DNA of 63,876 bases, counting the filler, from an uncultured bacterium (lineage in GTDB: Bacteria > CAZSTA01), in assembly GCA_964609495.1 (NCBI GenBank). It is 3 parts of 3 records of this genome, joined end to end, with 100 filler letters (N's around TTAATTAATTAA, not from the genome) between each part and the next. Parts side by side here need not be neighbours in the genome. Positions count along the whole stretch, not along the records: positions 1 to 22,451 come from CAZSTA010000037.1; 2 more parts are not named here. The stretch is one strand, 5' to 3'. The position numbers were made by a program, and so were the translations under genes. The notes below the pieces were generated by a model that saw only the letters and a list, made by a program, of their open reading frames with translations, did not search any database and was not told the DNA's origin. Shown here in pieces: positions 1 through 9,747 of this stretch; within the stretch, counting starts at the first letter, position 1, and every line of letters starts with the position of its first letter.

Positions 1-156
1 TCCTATAAGTTCGATGATCTTGGCTCTAAGCTGAGTTCTCCATATAGGGTAATTATCACGCCCCTTAGTTAAATATGAGAGCTCTGGTTGTAACTCCGCA
101 GCTATCTTCTGGAGATATTCCTTATTCGAAAAAGGATTCTTTATTTTAATAGGCAT
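1..156 (-). CDS. 5' part of a CDS running off the window edge, possibly an alpha/beta-hydrolase (esterase-type) N-terminus
   Basis: ATG at 156 with AAGGAG RBS; open frame MPIKIKNPFS...IWRTQLRAKIIELIG to the edge; not in the ORF track. Confidence 0.55.
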   Translation of the reverse strand, partial: MPIKIKNPFSNKEYLQKIAAELQPELSYLTKGRDNYPIWRTQLRAKIIELIG

Positions 157-174
157 TATTATTCTCCTTTCTAA

Positions 175-1092
175 CTAAACTTTGCATATCCTATCGAGCA
201 AAAATTTAACAAAGCGTTCGGAATCAACATCTAAGCAAACGTAAGTGTTCCCTTCATCTTCACTCCTGACCGAAGTAGCAACGGTCATCCCACCGGTGAG
301 TTCCCCCTTCGTCTCAACTGCAACCTTCATCCGCTCAGTAGTTACAAAGCTTCTATCGATAGCAACTGCAACCGCTAGAGGATCGTGCATACAGCATCTA
401 TCAGCAGATATTACCGAGAGCCATTTCTCAAGCAATCTCACTAAAGCAGAGGTAAAGGGAGTTCCTACTTGGGATATTCTGTTCACATCATCCCGACCAA
501 TAGTTACCTTCATCGTAACATCTAATCCCACCATAGTTATTGGTATCCCTGAATTAAAGAGTATTCGAGCGGCTTCGGGATCGCTCTTTACATTATGCTC
601 GACTACCGGGAGGTTGACTCCGTTATCTCCTAGGCGAGTAACACCTCCCATCAACACTACCTCCTTTAGATTATGGATTATCCGCGGCTCTCTGATAATA
701 GCCATCGCGACATTAGTGAGAGGTCCGATGGGGATAAGTGTTATCTCATCCTTATTAGCCATAACCCGATCTATGATGAAGTCCACGGCATGTTGAGATA
801 TAGGCTCGATCTTCTTATCCTCCGAAGTGAGGACTCCTTCTCCCTCATACCCTCCCCACGATACCTCTCTTTCTCGTAAGAGAGGCACTTCGATCCCCGC
901 GGCTACAGGGATATCGGGAAAACCTGCCAATTGCATCAACTTCATAGCCAATCTAGCCCTAAGATGGACATCACCGTAAACAGTGGTAACTCCTTCTAAC
1001 TCGATCTCCTCCGATCTCAAGCACAAAGATAAAGCCATCGCATCATCTACATCAGAGCCAATATCGGTGTCCAAGATAACTCTAATGCTCAT
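175..1092 (-). CDS. Nucleoside hydrolase (IU-NH/Rih family)
   Basis: N-terminal DTDIGSDVDD motif, IGPLTN, EHNVKSDPEAA, HDPLA. Confidence 0.92.
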   Translation of the reverse strand: MSIRVILDTDIGSDVDDAMALSLCLRSEEIELEGVTTVYGDVHLRARLAMKLMQLAGFPDIPVAAGIEVPLLREREVSWGGYEGEGVLTSEDKKIEPISQHAVDFIIDRVMANKDEITLIPIGPLTNVAMAIIREPRIIHNLKEVVLMGGVTRLGDNGVNLPVVEHNVKSDPEAARILFNSGIPITMVGLDVTMKVTIGRDDVNRISQVGTPFTSALVRLLEKWLSVISADRCCMHDPLAVAVAIDRSFVTTERMKVAVETKGELTGGMTVATSVRSEDEGNTYVCLDVDSERFVKFLLDRICKV

Positions 1093-1293
1093 TTTAACCT
1101 CCAGTAAGAATATAAAGATTTATCGCTATTAATGATAACATATATTTGCCCAATTGTCTAGAGGCTAAATAGAATGACGGATAAGGTTTTGTGATAGCTA
1201 TTTTATATGATGGAATGTGACTCATTTAGAAGATGGGGATTTTTTATAACCATCCAACCTATGTTATATTTTAAAAAAATATTAGTAAAATAC

Positions 1294-1335
1294 TTGACAT
1301 TAATAAAAATTTATGGTATAATTTAACTAAGTTAA
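1294..1335 (+). promoter_or_regulatory. Sigma70 promoter with adjacent palindromic operator
   Basis: TTGACA(1294)-17 bp-TATAAT(1317) with TG extension; palindrome TTAACT-A-AGTTAA at 1323-1335 before the MarR gene. Confidence 0.75.
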
Positions 1336-1356
1336 GTGATCTTTGGGAGGTACAAG

Positions 1357-1890
1357 ATGGAAAACTCTGTTATCTACTTAGAGAAGATATCTAAACTATT
1401 CTCCCGCTTCGAACAGGAGATATCTAAAGAGATAGAGGGGCTAGATATAACTTCCTCCCAGTTGCAGGGATTGATATACATATCTCAGCATAAGGGGTGC
1501 TTGATAGGGAATATAGCGAATGGGTTATCAATAAGCTATCCTGCGGCTACTAAGCTCACGGATCGTTTGGTGGGAAAGGGATTAGCTCTTCGGAAGGAAG
1601 GCGAGATAGATCGGAGATTGGTAAAGGTTAGCTTAACTCCCAAAGGTGAGGAAATTCTGAAGAAGGTAACTCAAAGGAGAAGAGAGAAGCTCTATGAGAT
1701 AACTCAACATATCGGATCTAAGGAGATGGCGGAATTGGTGAGGATGTTAGAGGAACTTTTAAGAGCTGTCCTACAAGATGAGGATATGATTGAGGATATA
1801 TGTCTTCACTGTGGGAGCGATCATTCTCCAGATTGCTTAGTGAACAAAGCTTATCTGGCTTCAACTGGTGCCGAAATAGAAAAATCCTAA
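1357..1890 (+). CDS. MarR-family transcriptional regulator with C-terminal CxxC-x3-H-x3-C tail
   Basis: wHTH motif [18 protein letters not shown]...[21 protein letters not shown] before ATG 1357. Confidence 0.88.
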   Translation: MENSVIYLEKISKLFSRFEQEISKEIEGLDITSSQLQGLIYISQHKGCLIGNIANGLSISYPAATKLTDRLVGKGLALRKEGEIDRRLVKVSLTPKGEEILKKVTQRRREKLYEITQHIGSKEMAELVRMLEELLRAVLQDEDMIEDICLHCGSDHSPDCLVNKAYLASTGAEIEKS

Positions 1891-1907
1891 AAAAGGAGTG
1901 GTTCACT

Positions 1908-2603
1908 GTGATCATTGAGACCTTGAAGAGAGATATACAGGCGGTATTTGAGAGGGATCCGGCCTCCAGAAGCGTTTGGGAAATTATCCTCTGCTATCCG
2001 GGATTCCATGCATTATTCTTCTATCGTCTCTCTCACTGGCTATGGGAACAAAAGCTGTATCTTTTAGGTAGATTTGTATCCCATTTAGGTAGATTTTTCA
2101 CTGGCATAGAGATTCACCCTAGGGCTAAGATAGGACCTGGTTTCTTCATCGATCATGGGATGGGAGTAGTAATCGGCGAGACCTCTGAGATAGGTGAAAA
2201 TGTCACCCTCTATCATGGAGTAACCCTAGGAGGAACGAGCTGGAAGAAGGAGAAACGGCATCCTACTATCGGCAAGAATGTGGTTATTGGAGTTGGAGCG
2301 AAGATATTGGGTCCATTTAAAATAGGTGATAATAGCAGAATAGGAGCAGGGTCTGTAGTGGTGAAGGAAGTTCCTCCCAACTCGGTGGTAGTTGGTGTTC
2401 CAGGTAAGGTTATTTTCAAAGATGGCAAGAAGATGAAAGATAAGATAGACCTTGAGAAACACATCCTGCCAGACCCGGTAGCGAAAGCGGTTGAATGCTT
2501 GATAAAGAGAGTTCAAGAGTTGGAAAAGGAGGTAGCTGAACTCAAAGAGGAGAGAGGGAAGGAACTCGAGGATAAGAAAGAGATAGTCGAAATTGTTCAT
2601 TAA
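1908..2603 (+). CDS. cysE: Serine O-acetyltransferase
   Basis: RDPA...[32 protein letters not shown] hexapeptide repeats; AAGGAG RBS before GTG 1908. Confidence 0.95.
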   Translation: MIIETLKRDIQAVFERDPASRSVWEIILCYPGFHALFFYRLSHWLWEQKLYLLGRFVSHLGRFFTGIEIHPRAKIGPGFFIDHGMGVVIGETSEIGENVTLYHGVTLGGTSWKKEKRHPTIGKNVVIGVGAKILGPFKIGDNSRIGAGSVVVKEVPPNSVVVGVPGKVIFKDGKKMKDKIDLEKHILPDPVAKAVECLIKRVQELEKEVAELKEERGKELEDKKEIVEIVH

Positions 2604-2641
2604 GAAAGGGGAAGCTGAGATGTGTCCGAGCCAATTAAAGC

Positions 2642-2670
2642 TTGACAATGATCTGAAAATGTAATACAAT
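2642..2670 (+). promoter_or_regulatory. Sigma70 promoter for pncA-pncB
   Basis: TTGACA-17 bp-TACAAT. Confidence 0.6.
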
Positions 2671-2710
2671 AAAGTTGAAAAGATCGCTAAGTGAGGAGGC
2701 ACTGGGAGAA

Positions 2711-3241
2711 ATGAGGAAGGCTGTTCTGGTTATCGATATGACTAGGGGATTTTGTGAAGAAGGATATCCTCTCTATTGCGGAGAGGCAATTCGAAATATA
2801 ATCCCTAATGTCCAGAAGTTATTGAAGAAAGCTCAAGAGGAAGGGACTAAGATCATCTATATCTGCGATCATCACGATCCTGGTGATCTCGAATTTGAGA
2901 CGTTTCCTCCCCACTGTATAGAAGGAACAGCAGAAACAGAGATTATTCCAGAATTGAAGGATAACTTCCCCGGAGAGGTGGTTCCCAAGAAACGTTATAG
3001 CGTATTCTATAATACCAATTTGGATGAGATACTGGAGCGAGAAGGGATAGAGAAAATTCTTATCAGTGGAGTTTGCACCGATATCTGTGTTATGCATAGC
3101 ACCGCTGACGCTCGCAATCGCGACTATCCTGTTGAAGTATATGAGGATTGTGTGGCTAGTTTCAATGAGGAGGCTCATCATTTCGCGTTAAAGCATATGA
3201 AAGAGAGCTTAGGGGCTGAACTTGTTAGGATTGGAGAATAG
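2711..3241 (+). CDS. pncA: Isochorismatase-family cysteine hydrolase, probably nicotinamidase
   Basis: VIDM, D-H-H...PPHC metal ligands, K-x-RYS, GVCTDICV; adjacent to pncB. Confidence 0.85.
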   Translation: MRKAVLVIDMTRGFCEEGYPLYCGEAIRNIIPNVQKLLKKAQEEGTKIIYICDHHDPGDLEFETFPPHCIEGTAETEIIPELKDNFPGEVVPKKRYSVFYNTNLDEILEREGIEKILISGVCTDICVMHSTADARNRDYPVEVYEDCVASFNEEAHHFALKHMKESLGAELVRIGE

Positions 3242-3289
3242 AAAGAAGAAATATGCTCAATTTCTATTTTTCCGATAAGGAATGGGAAA

Positions 3290-4294
3290 GTGAATAAAAC
3301 CCCCAATTTTGATATTCCTCCTACTATTCTAAATGGGGATACCGCAGATATATACTTCGTCAGAGCTAAGACCACCTTGGAGAGAGAGGGATTGAATACT
3401 CCAGTTACGATGGAGATATTTCCCTCCAGAGCTGGACTCCTTTGCGGGATGGAGGAGGTTCTGGCTCTACTCGATAAGGTGCTCGAGGAGAAGGCTCGTG
3501 TTTGGTCACTATCCGAGGGAGAGCGATTCGAGAGGAAGGAAGTCGTCCTGCGGATACGAGCGCCTTATAACTCCTTCGGAATCTATGAGACTGCCATCTT
3601 GGGAATGTTAGCCCACTGTAGTGGTTGGGCAACTGCCGCTCGAGAATGTGTCGAGGCGGCGGGCGATATTCCCATAATCAGTTTTGGCGCTCGTCATGTT
3701 CATCCCCTCGTCTCCAGTAGAATGGAGTATGCCGCTATTATAGGAGGATGTTCAGGGGGCGCTACTCCAGCCGGGACTAGACTGGCTGGACTTCTCCCTT
3801 CAGGGACTATGCCTCACGCTATGATGCTCATCTTTGGAGACACGGTCGAAGGGGCTTTAGCCTTCGATAGGCATATGCCTGATGAGGTGGATAGGATAGT
3901 TCTGGTTGATACCTTCAAGGATGAAGGTGAGGAGAGTTTACGGGTGGCAAGAGCTTTGAAAGAGCGACTCTCTGGAGTGCGCTTAGACACCCCTTCTGAG
4001 AGGGGAGGAGTAACCGCCGATCTGGTAAAGGAGGTTCGAGCGAGGTTAGACCTAGAAGGATTCAACCAGGTCAAGATCATAGTCAGTGGAGGTATAGATC
4101 CAGATAGAATCAGATATTTCCTCGATAATAACGCAGAGGTCGATGGCTTTGGAGTGGGGAGCTATATTAGTGGGGCTAAGCCCATAGATTTCACTGGTGA
4201 TTTGAAAGAGATCGATGGTAAACCAGTGGCTAAGAGAGGTAGGATCCCTGGGATCACTCCCAATCCCAGATTGAAAAAGCATCCAAGAAAATAA
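3290..4294 (+). CDS. pncB: Nicotinate phosphoribosyltransferase
   Basis: TADIYF, SFGARH, GTMPHA, LVDTF, GVRLDTP, SGG, FGVG motifs. Confidence 0.92.
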   Translation: MNKTPNFDIPPTILNGDTADIYFVRAKTTLEREGLNTPVTMEIFPSRAGLLCGMEEVLALLDKVLEEKARVWSLSEGERFERKEVVLRIRAPYNSFGIYETAILGMLAHCSGWATAARECVEAAGDIPIISFGARHVHPLVSSRMEYAAIIGGCSGGATPAGTRLAGLLPSGTMPHAMMLIFGDTVEGALAFDRHMPDEVDRIVLVDTFKDEGEESLRVARALKERLSGVRLDTPSERGGVTADLVKEVRARLDLEGFNQVKIIVSGGIDPDRIRYFLDNNAEVDGFGVGSYISGAKPIDFTGDLKEIDGKPVAKRGRIPGITPNPRLKKHPRK

Positions 4295-4308
4295 AGGAGG
4301 TATTAGCT

Positions 4309-4539
4309 ATGCCAATCTATGAATATAAATGTTCGGATTGCGAATCTGAGTTCGAGATATTAGTCAGAGGAAAGAATGAAAAGAAACTTCATTGCCCACA
4401 GTGCGGGAGCGAAAATATAAGTCGTCTCTTTTCAAGCTTTGGTGTTAGTATGGGGTCTTCATCCCAAACGAGTGTTTCTTCGAGTTCATCTTCAGCTTGT
4501 AGTGTCTGTACTTCCCAAAGCTGTAGCATCTGCAAATAG
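4309..4539 (+). CDS. FmdB-family zinc-ribbon protein
   Basis: MPIYEYKCxxC...CPxCGS plus C-terminal Cys cluster. Confidence 0.9.
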   Translation: MPIYEYKCSDCESEFEILVRGKNEKKLHCPQCGSENISRLFSSFGVSMGSSSQTSVSSSSSSACSVCTSQSCSICK

Positions 4540-4557
4540 GCAAGGAGGGGAAGTATA

Positions 4558-4947
4558 ATGTATAGCGATTTAGTTATGGAACACTTCAGTAATCCCCGCA
4601 ATGTGGGAGAGATGCCAGATGCCGATGGAGTTGGAACAGAGGGTAATCCCGTATGTGGTGACATTATGAGAATCTATGTCAAGGTCAATAATAACCACAT
4701 CGAGGATATTAAGTTCAAAACCTTCGGGTGTGGAGCAGCTATCGCTACCAGCAGTATGGTAACCGAGATGGTCAAGGGTAAAACTCTGGACGAAGCGATG
4801 GAGATATCCAATAAAGCTGTAGCTGAGGCTTTAGGAGGATTGCCATCAAATAAGATGCACTGTTCCAATTTGGCAGCAGATGCTCTCCACAAAGCTATTG
4901 AGGATTATCGTTCCAGGCAGGCCGAGAAATCCGACAAGGGGGAGTGA
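4558..4947 (+). CDS. iscU: Fe-S cluster scaffold protein (IscU/NifU-N)
   Basis: HFSNPRNVG, GNPVCGD, FGCGAAIA, KMHCSNLA. Confidence 0.95.
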   Translation: MYSDLVMEHFSNPRNVGEMPDADGVGTEGNPVCGDIMRIYVKVNNNHIEDIKFKTFGCGAAIATSSMVTEMVKGKTLDEAMEISNKAVAEALGGLPSNKMHCSNLAADALHKAIEDYRSRQAEKSDKGE

Positions 4948-5147
4948 TAAAAGTGGATGTAGAAAACATCAATAAAGCCGGAAAGGGAGAAACTTGTTGC
5001 TGTCCATATTGCGATCAGGAGTTGTTCATCGATGCTCCATTCTGTGTGCCTTGTGGAAAGAAAATCCTATTTTGCCCGGAGTGTGGAGAACCTTTGCCTC
5101 AATCTGCTGAGAGATGCGATAGCTGTGGAGCTGAAATCGAGAAATAG
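4944..5147 (+). CDS. Double zinc-ribbon protein
   Basis: Four CxxC pairs in 67 aa; GTGA overlap with the iscU stop. Confidence 0.75.
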   Translation: MIKVDVENINKAGKGETCCCPYCDQELFIDAPFCVPCGKKILFCPECGEPLPQSAERCDSCGAEIEK

Positions 5148-5439
5148 AGAGTTGTGATTCTCTAATAAATATTAGTGTTGGAAATAAACATTTCTAAGCT
5201 CGCTTATAGTGAGGTTTCCCTACTTTCAGAGCCTTACATCTACCCGCAAAGATATCTCCAAAAGCTAGTTATAATGTGATTTGACATCCGAAAATCCCGA
5301 AATAAATAGAGATTAAGGAATCGCAATCTAAATGTATCGCTCAGTTCAGTCCTCCAAATTGTACAGAAATTAAGACCGAAGAAAGGTCTGGCAGTTGCTG
5401 GAACTTCCTTGGAAATTCTTAAGAACAGGGGGGGTTAAG

Positions 5440-8400
5440 ATGAAACATTTAGTAAGGGAGGGGTTAGGTTTGACCATCCCAAAAGTGCCCGCTTGCAGTA
5501 AAGTGCTTCTATTAGTTGGGGGGCTCTGTGTAGCGGTCATGCTGTTTACGGGTCTGGTAAGTTTGCCAGCGCAGGCCCAAGCTTATATCTTCAGTGGCCA
5601 TGTCTACTGGGGTAGTCCCCCTGATACAAGTCAGGGCCTCGGTGACGTTACCATCGAACTTTACGGAGATCGGGACGAATGGCCTGAGGGCGGGCCGAAA
5701 ACTCTACTCGCAGCGACTATGACCAATGAGGCAGGCGAGTTTAGATTACATTGGCAGTCGAGAGACGTTGAGTTTCCCTACTATCATGTCATCGAGGTGG
5801 ATCCGCCCGATGCCGTCTCCACCGGTGCCCAAGCTGGGTCACCAGGCTACGTCAAGAACTTCGATGTGGTCTCCTATCTGGACATACCACCAGGTACCTA
5901 CGCAGATATCGCGTTCTGGGATCAGTATCCGCACGTGCCCCCGTCGCTGGGTGACGAGTTTCCCGAATTGGTAGTTGCAGAACTCGGCTTCAGTCCTCCG
6001 AAGCCCCAAGCTGGCGATGAACTGATCATCGAAGCAGTGATCGAGAACGCCGGCGATGCCCCAGCTGACGAGGTGTCAGTAGTGTTTAGAAACGATAGCT
6101 GGGAAGGGTGGGCAACTATTGAACATATCGCGGCTGGAGCACGAGCGATAGCCAGAATCGTTGAGACAGCTCCCGAGCCCGGCGAATACCTCGTGACTGC
6201 GATAGTCGATCCAGAGAACCTGATCAAAGAGCACAATGAGCAAAACAACGAAGCACGGGAAATTATGGTGGTGATTGGAGGGCCACTTGCCGAGGGCTGG
6301 TGCTGTAAAGACGCCCAGGTGTTCTCTTCCTCCGAGCCCGAATGTCGCGAAGAGGAAGGTAGCTTCTTCTCCACCGAGGAAGAAGCCCGGGAGTATTGCC
6401 AGCCTGAGGAACTTCGTAGGGGCTNNNNNNNNNNNNNNNNNNNNNNNNNNNNNNNNNNNNNNNNNNNNNNNNNNNNNNNNNNNNNNNNNNNNNNNNNNNN
6501 NNNNNNNNNNNNNNNNNNNNNNNNCTTCTTTTCCACCGAGGAAGAAGCCCGGGAGTATTGCCAGCCTGAGGAACTTCGTAGGGGCTGGTGCTGTAAGGAC
6601 GGCCAGGTGTTCTCTTCCTCCGAGCCCGAGTGTCGCGAAGAGGAAGGTAGCTTCTTTTCCACCGAGGAAGAAGCCCGGGAGTATTGCCAGCCTGAGGAAC
6701 TTCGTGAGGAGCTTCCTGACTTAACAATTATCGAGATAGATTTTGATACTAGAACTCCTTCTGCTGGCGAGGAAGTAACGATAAGAGCACTCATTAGCAA
6801 CATAGCCAATGCGCCAGCTGAGGAAATCCCAATCATCTTTATAGTTGATCAACAGAAGCTTGCGTGGGAAACCATTAGCCGTATACAACCTGACGGGCAA
6901 GAAGTAGTTATAGCTACCTGGACGGCGACAACCCCTGGTGATCACACTCTATACATAGAGGTTGATTCGGATAACCTGGTTCGGGAACTTAACGAGGAAA
7001 ACAATGAAAAGAGTGCAATTCTGACAGTGAAGTTGGAAGAAGTAGTATCCCCGATCCCTATCGTCCCCATTCCGGTGTCATACCATTCAAAAAACCTAGG
7101 ATTGTACTCCAAAAAGGAAGTATTCCTAATATCTGACGAGAACTGGCGATACGTGTTGAAGCTGGTACCCTTGGCTACCTGGAGTAACCCAACTAACAAA
7201 GTCCTGGTCGCCAGCTATCCAACACTCATTTATCATCGAGAAGGTGACAACTTTGATGCCGATGCCATCATTCGCTTCCTCCAGCAATATAACCCATCCC
7301 ACCTCGCTACCTTCGGGGATACTCCTATGGAACTGAATAAGTTGCTGGTCGCCCCGAAACCCACTGGGGCTGGACTGACAGGGAAAATCTTAGAGTACAA
7401 GATGGACAGCTATCTATTCTTCTGGACATCCATAGATAGAGTCGTAATCTCAGAGGATGATTATGAGGCTGGTTTAATGGCTTCGGTCTTCGCTTCATAT
7501 CTCAATGCACCACTGCTCTTCGATGGACACTTCAAGCCCAACGTACTCAACAATCGGCATGCCTACGTCGTTGGCAAGGTCAGCCCGACCACAGAGCAGG
7601 AAATCAAGAAAAGGTGCAAACCGACGAGTGAGAAAACTCATTACAGCTTAGAGGAGCTGCGTAAGGCATATGTAAGCTGGACAGGCACAAATAAGGTGAT
7701 CCTCGTGAATCCCAATGATCTTAATATCGTGGCAAATAAGAAGTTTAAACCAGAGAAGAGCTCGTCCATTTCCAGCTTATACGGCAAGCACTCTCTAGCA
7801 GCACCTTTCCTAGCAGCAGCCAAGTTCGAAGTGATCATTTCCACTGAGGTAAATAATTACCTAGCAGTAGATAACTATGTTGAGAATACCCTTGATACCT
7901 TGAAGCTCCCAGGGCCGTTAACCTATCTCACCATCGTAGCCAACCCCAGGGCTATTCCTATGGCCAGGGAGAACAGAGACACAAAGCCTGCCTTGTGGGG
8001 AAATAGGGCGGTATTCGAAGAAATTGATGTTTCAAAGATTGATTCCCATCCTCTGGAGATCTCACTCGTTACTTACAACACCTCTACCGGAAGTGTAGGT
8101 TCACAGATTATCACAAGCACGAAGGCGGATCCGTTATCTCCAGCAATCTATAAAGATAAAATCGTTTGGCAGGATCTCCGCAACGGCAACTGGGATATCT
8201 ACCTATACGACCTGGCCAAGAATATCGAGAAGCCGATTATCTCTAACAATAGCAACCAGACGATGCCCGCAATTTATGGAGACAAGATCGCCTGGCAAGA
8301 CAACAGAAACGGCAACTGGGATATCTACATGTATGATCTCACCCAAAAGAAAGAGATCCGAATCACCACCGACACACATGACCAGGTGAATCCCGCAATT

Positions 8401-9747
8401 TACGGGGACAAGATCGTCTGGCAAGATAACAGAAACAGCAACCAATGGGATATCTATATGTATGACCTCAGCAAAAAGAAAGAGAGCCGAATCACCACTG
8501 ACAAACGTGCCCAAATGAATCCGGCAATCGACGGAAGTGTGATCGTCTGGCGAGACAAAAGAAATAGTGAACAATGGGACATCTATATGTATGATCTCAA
8601 CCAAAAGAAGGAGATCCAAATCACTACTGACAATAATCATCAGTTACATCCTAGCATATCCGGGAAAAGAATCGTCTGGGAAGACTACCGACATGGGAAT
8701 CCGGCTGTGTATATCTACGACATAGCAACAAAAACAGAGAAGCGGCTCACTACCGGTGACAACAAACAAATTGTCCCTGTTATTCAGGGAGATCACGTCA
8801 TATGGTACAGCGAGGGGAAAACGGGTGTTCCTCCGGTTCATGTGGCGCCACCTGCTGGACCCCACGGGGGCCACTGGCTAACGTATTTCTATGAGATTTC
8901 TACGGGGAAATGTATGTATCACCAAAACCTACTTACTCATGTGCATTCGACTTTTCGACAAGAGGCAGACGGAAGATACTACGGAAGCTTCGTCAACTAT
9001 GGAAAGCAAGACAGAGCTGTAGGAAGAATCTTCGGTGCTACCGTTTCGGATGTGTCGGCGTATATCGCTCGGGACCTCTTTTTTGACGATATAAAACCCA
9101 AAAAGAAAGATGCCTTGCTTATAGTACTGGAGGATCATCAGGACGAAACGCGTTACAAGGAAACAGACGGGGCTGCCTTATATAAATATGCTACAGACAC
9201 CTATTGGACCACAGACGTTCATAAACAGTTTGACGCAGTGCACTTCTATGCTGGGGCAGATAAGGGGGCAGCAAAGGCCCCCGCTGTAAACAAGAATATC
9301 GCCACAATACAAGGTCTATATGATGATAGCTACCTGATTCTGTATGCCGATCACGGAGGGCCGAGCGGCTTTGACAACGTAGTCACTAGCGCTTATCTTC
9401 AAAACAAAAAGGTATCTCTGTTGCCCTCAACTATCCTTGATATAGCCTGCGCCACCGCCACCGTCCTTTGGGGGTATATCCCAACGGAAAACAACTTCAC
9501 TATAGAGAATATACGGCGTGGAGCCATGATCTACATGGGTGCAGTTGATAATTCCTACTGGCATCGCATGTTCGACAATATCCTTAAAGGCGTCTTCATT
9601 GATGGAAAAACAATTGGTCAGGCCTATTTAGAAGCTAGAAACGAAGAATACCAAAATTGTATTGCTAAGCCTCCCCCCTGGCCGTGCGGAGATCCCTATT
9701 ACGCTCTGATTGGAGACCCTACTTTTAAACCGAGGTGGTGGAAATGA
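5440..9747 (+). CDS. Large secreted multidomain protein: signal peptide, two CARDB domains, Cys-rich repeats, and a peptidase C25 (gingipain)-like domain with inserted beta-propeller
   Basis: Hydrophobic leader ending AQA; VDPENLIKExNExNN CARDB motifs; PAIYGDKIVWQDNRNGNWDIYMYDL repeats; VGRI, YADHG, DIAC, LIGDP C25-type motifs; start uncertain; spans a 100-N gap. Confidence 0.75.
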   Translation: MKHLVREGLGLTIPKVPACSKVLLLVGGLCVAVMLFTGLVSLPAQAQAYIFSGHVYWGSPPDTSQGLGDVTIELYGDRDEWPEGGPKTLLAATMTNEAGEFRLHWQSRDVEFPYYHVIEVDPPDAVSTGAQAGSPGYVKNFDVVSYLDIPPGTYADIAFWDQYPHVPPSLGDEFPELVVAELGFSPPKPQAGDELIIEAVIENAGDAPADEVSVVFRNDSWEGWATIEHIAAGARAIARIVETAPEPGEYLVTAIVDPENLIKEHNEQNNEAREIMVVIGGPLAEGWCCKDAQVFSSSEPECREEEGSFFSTEEEAREYCQPEELRRGXXXXXXXXXXXXXXXXXXXXXXXXXXXXXXXXXXFFSTEEEAREYCQPEELRRGWCCKDGQVFSSSEPECREEEGSFFSTEEEAREYCQPEELREELPDLTIIEIDFDTRTPSAGEEVTIRALISNIANAPAEEIPIIFIVDQQKLAWETISRIQPDGQEVVIATWTATTPGDHTLYIEVDSDNLVRELNEENNEKSAILTVKLEEVVSPIPIVPIPVSYHSKNLGLYSKKEVFLISDENWRYVLKLVPLATWSNPTNKVLVASYPTLIYHREGDNFDADAIIRFLQQYNPSHLATFGDTPMELNKLLVAPKPTGAGLTGKILEYKMDSYLFFWTSIDRVVISEDDYEAGLMASVFASYLNAPLLFDGHFKPNVLNNRHAYVVGKVSPTTEQEIKKRCKPTSEKTHYSLEELRKAYVSWTGTNKVILVNPNDLNIVANKKFKPEKSSSISSLYGKHSLAAPFLAAAKFEVIISTEVNNYLAVDNYVENTLDTLKLPGPLTYLTIVANPRAIPMARENRDTKPALWGNRAVFEEIDVSKIDSHPLEISLVTYNTSTGSVGSQIITSTKADPLSPAIYKDKIVWQDLRNGNWDIYLYDLAKNIEKPIISNNSNQTMPAIYGDKIAWQDNRNGNWDIYMYDLTQKKEIRITTDTHDQVNPAIYGDKIVWQDNRNSNQWDIYMYDLSKKKESRITTDKRAQMNPAIDGSVIVWRDKRNSEQWDIYMYDLNQKKEIQITTDNNHQLHPSISGKRIVWEDYRHGNPAVYIYDIATKTEKRLTTGDNKQIVPVIQGDHVIWYSEGKTGVPPVHVAPPAGPHGGHWLTYFYEISTGKCMYHQNLLTHVHSTFRQEADGRYYGSFVNYGKQDRAVGRIFGATVSDVSAYIARDLFFDDIKPKKKDALLIVLEDHQDETRYKETDGAALYKYATDTYWTTDVHKQFDAVHFYAGADKGAAKAPAVNKNIATIQGLYDDSYLILYADHGGPSGFDNVVTSAYLQNKKVSLLPSTILDIACATATVLWGYIPTENNFTIENIRRGAMIYMGAVDNSYWHRMFDNILKGVFIDGKTIGQAYLEARNEEYQNCIAKPPPWPCGDPYYALIGDPTFKPRWWK
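6295..6705 (+). repeat. Intragenic 126-bp (42-aa) Cys-rich tandem repeat, at least 3 units
   Basis: GWCCKDxQVFSSSEPECREEEGSFFSTEEEAREYCQPEELRR units start at 6295, 6421 and 6583; gap 6425-6524 lies inside the array. Confidence 0.9.

Noticed and set aside
5922-6836. Long antisense ORFs (also 245-796, 15777-16238, 22837-23253 and others)
   Set aside because: Shadows of well-supported genes on the opposite strand, with no motifs or RBS.
8125-8810. Propeller repeats as a diversity-generating retroelement template/variable pair
   Set aside because: No reverse transcriptase nearby, and differences between repeats are not adenine-specific.
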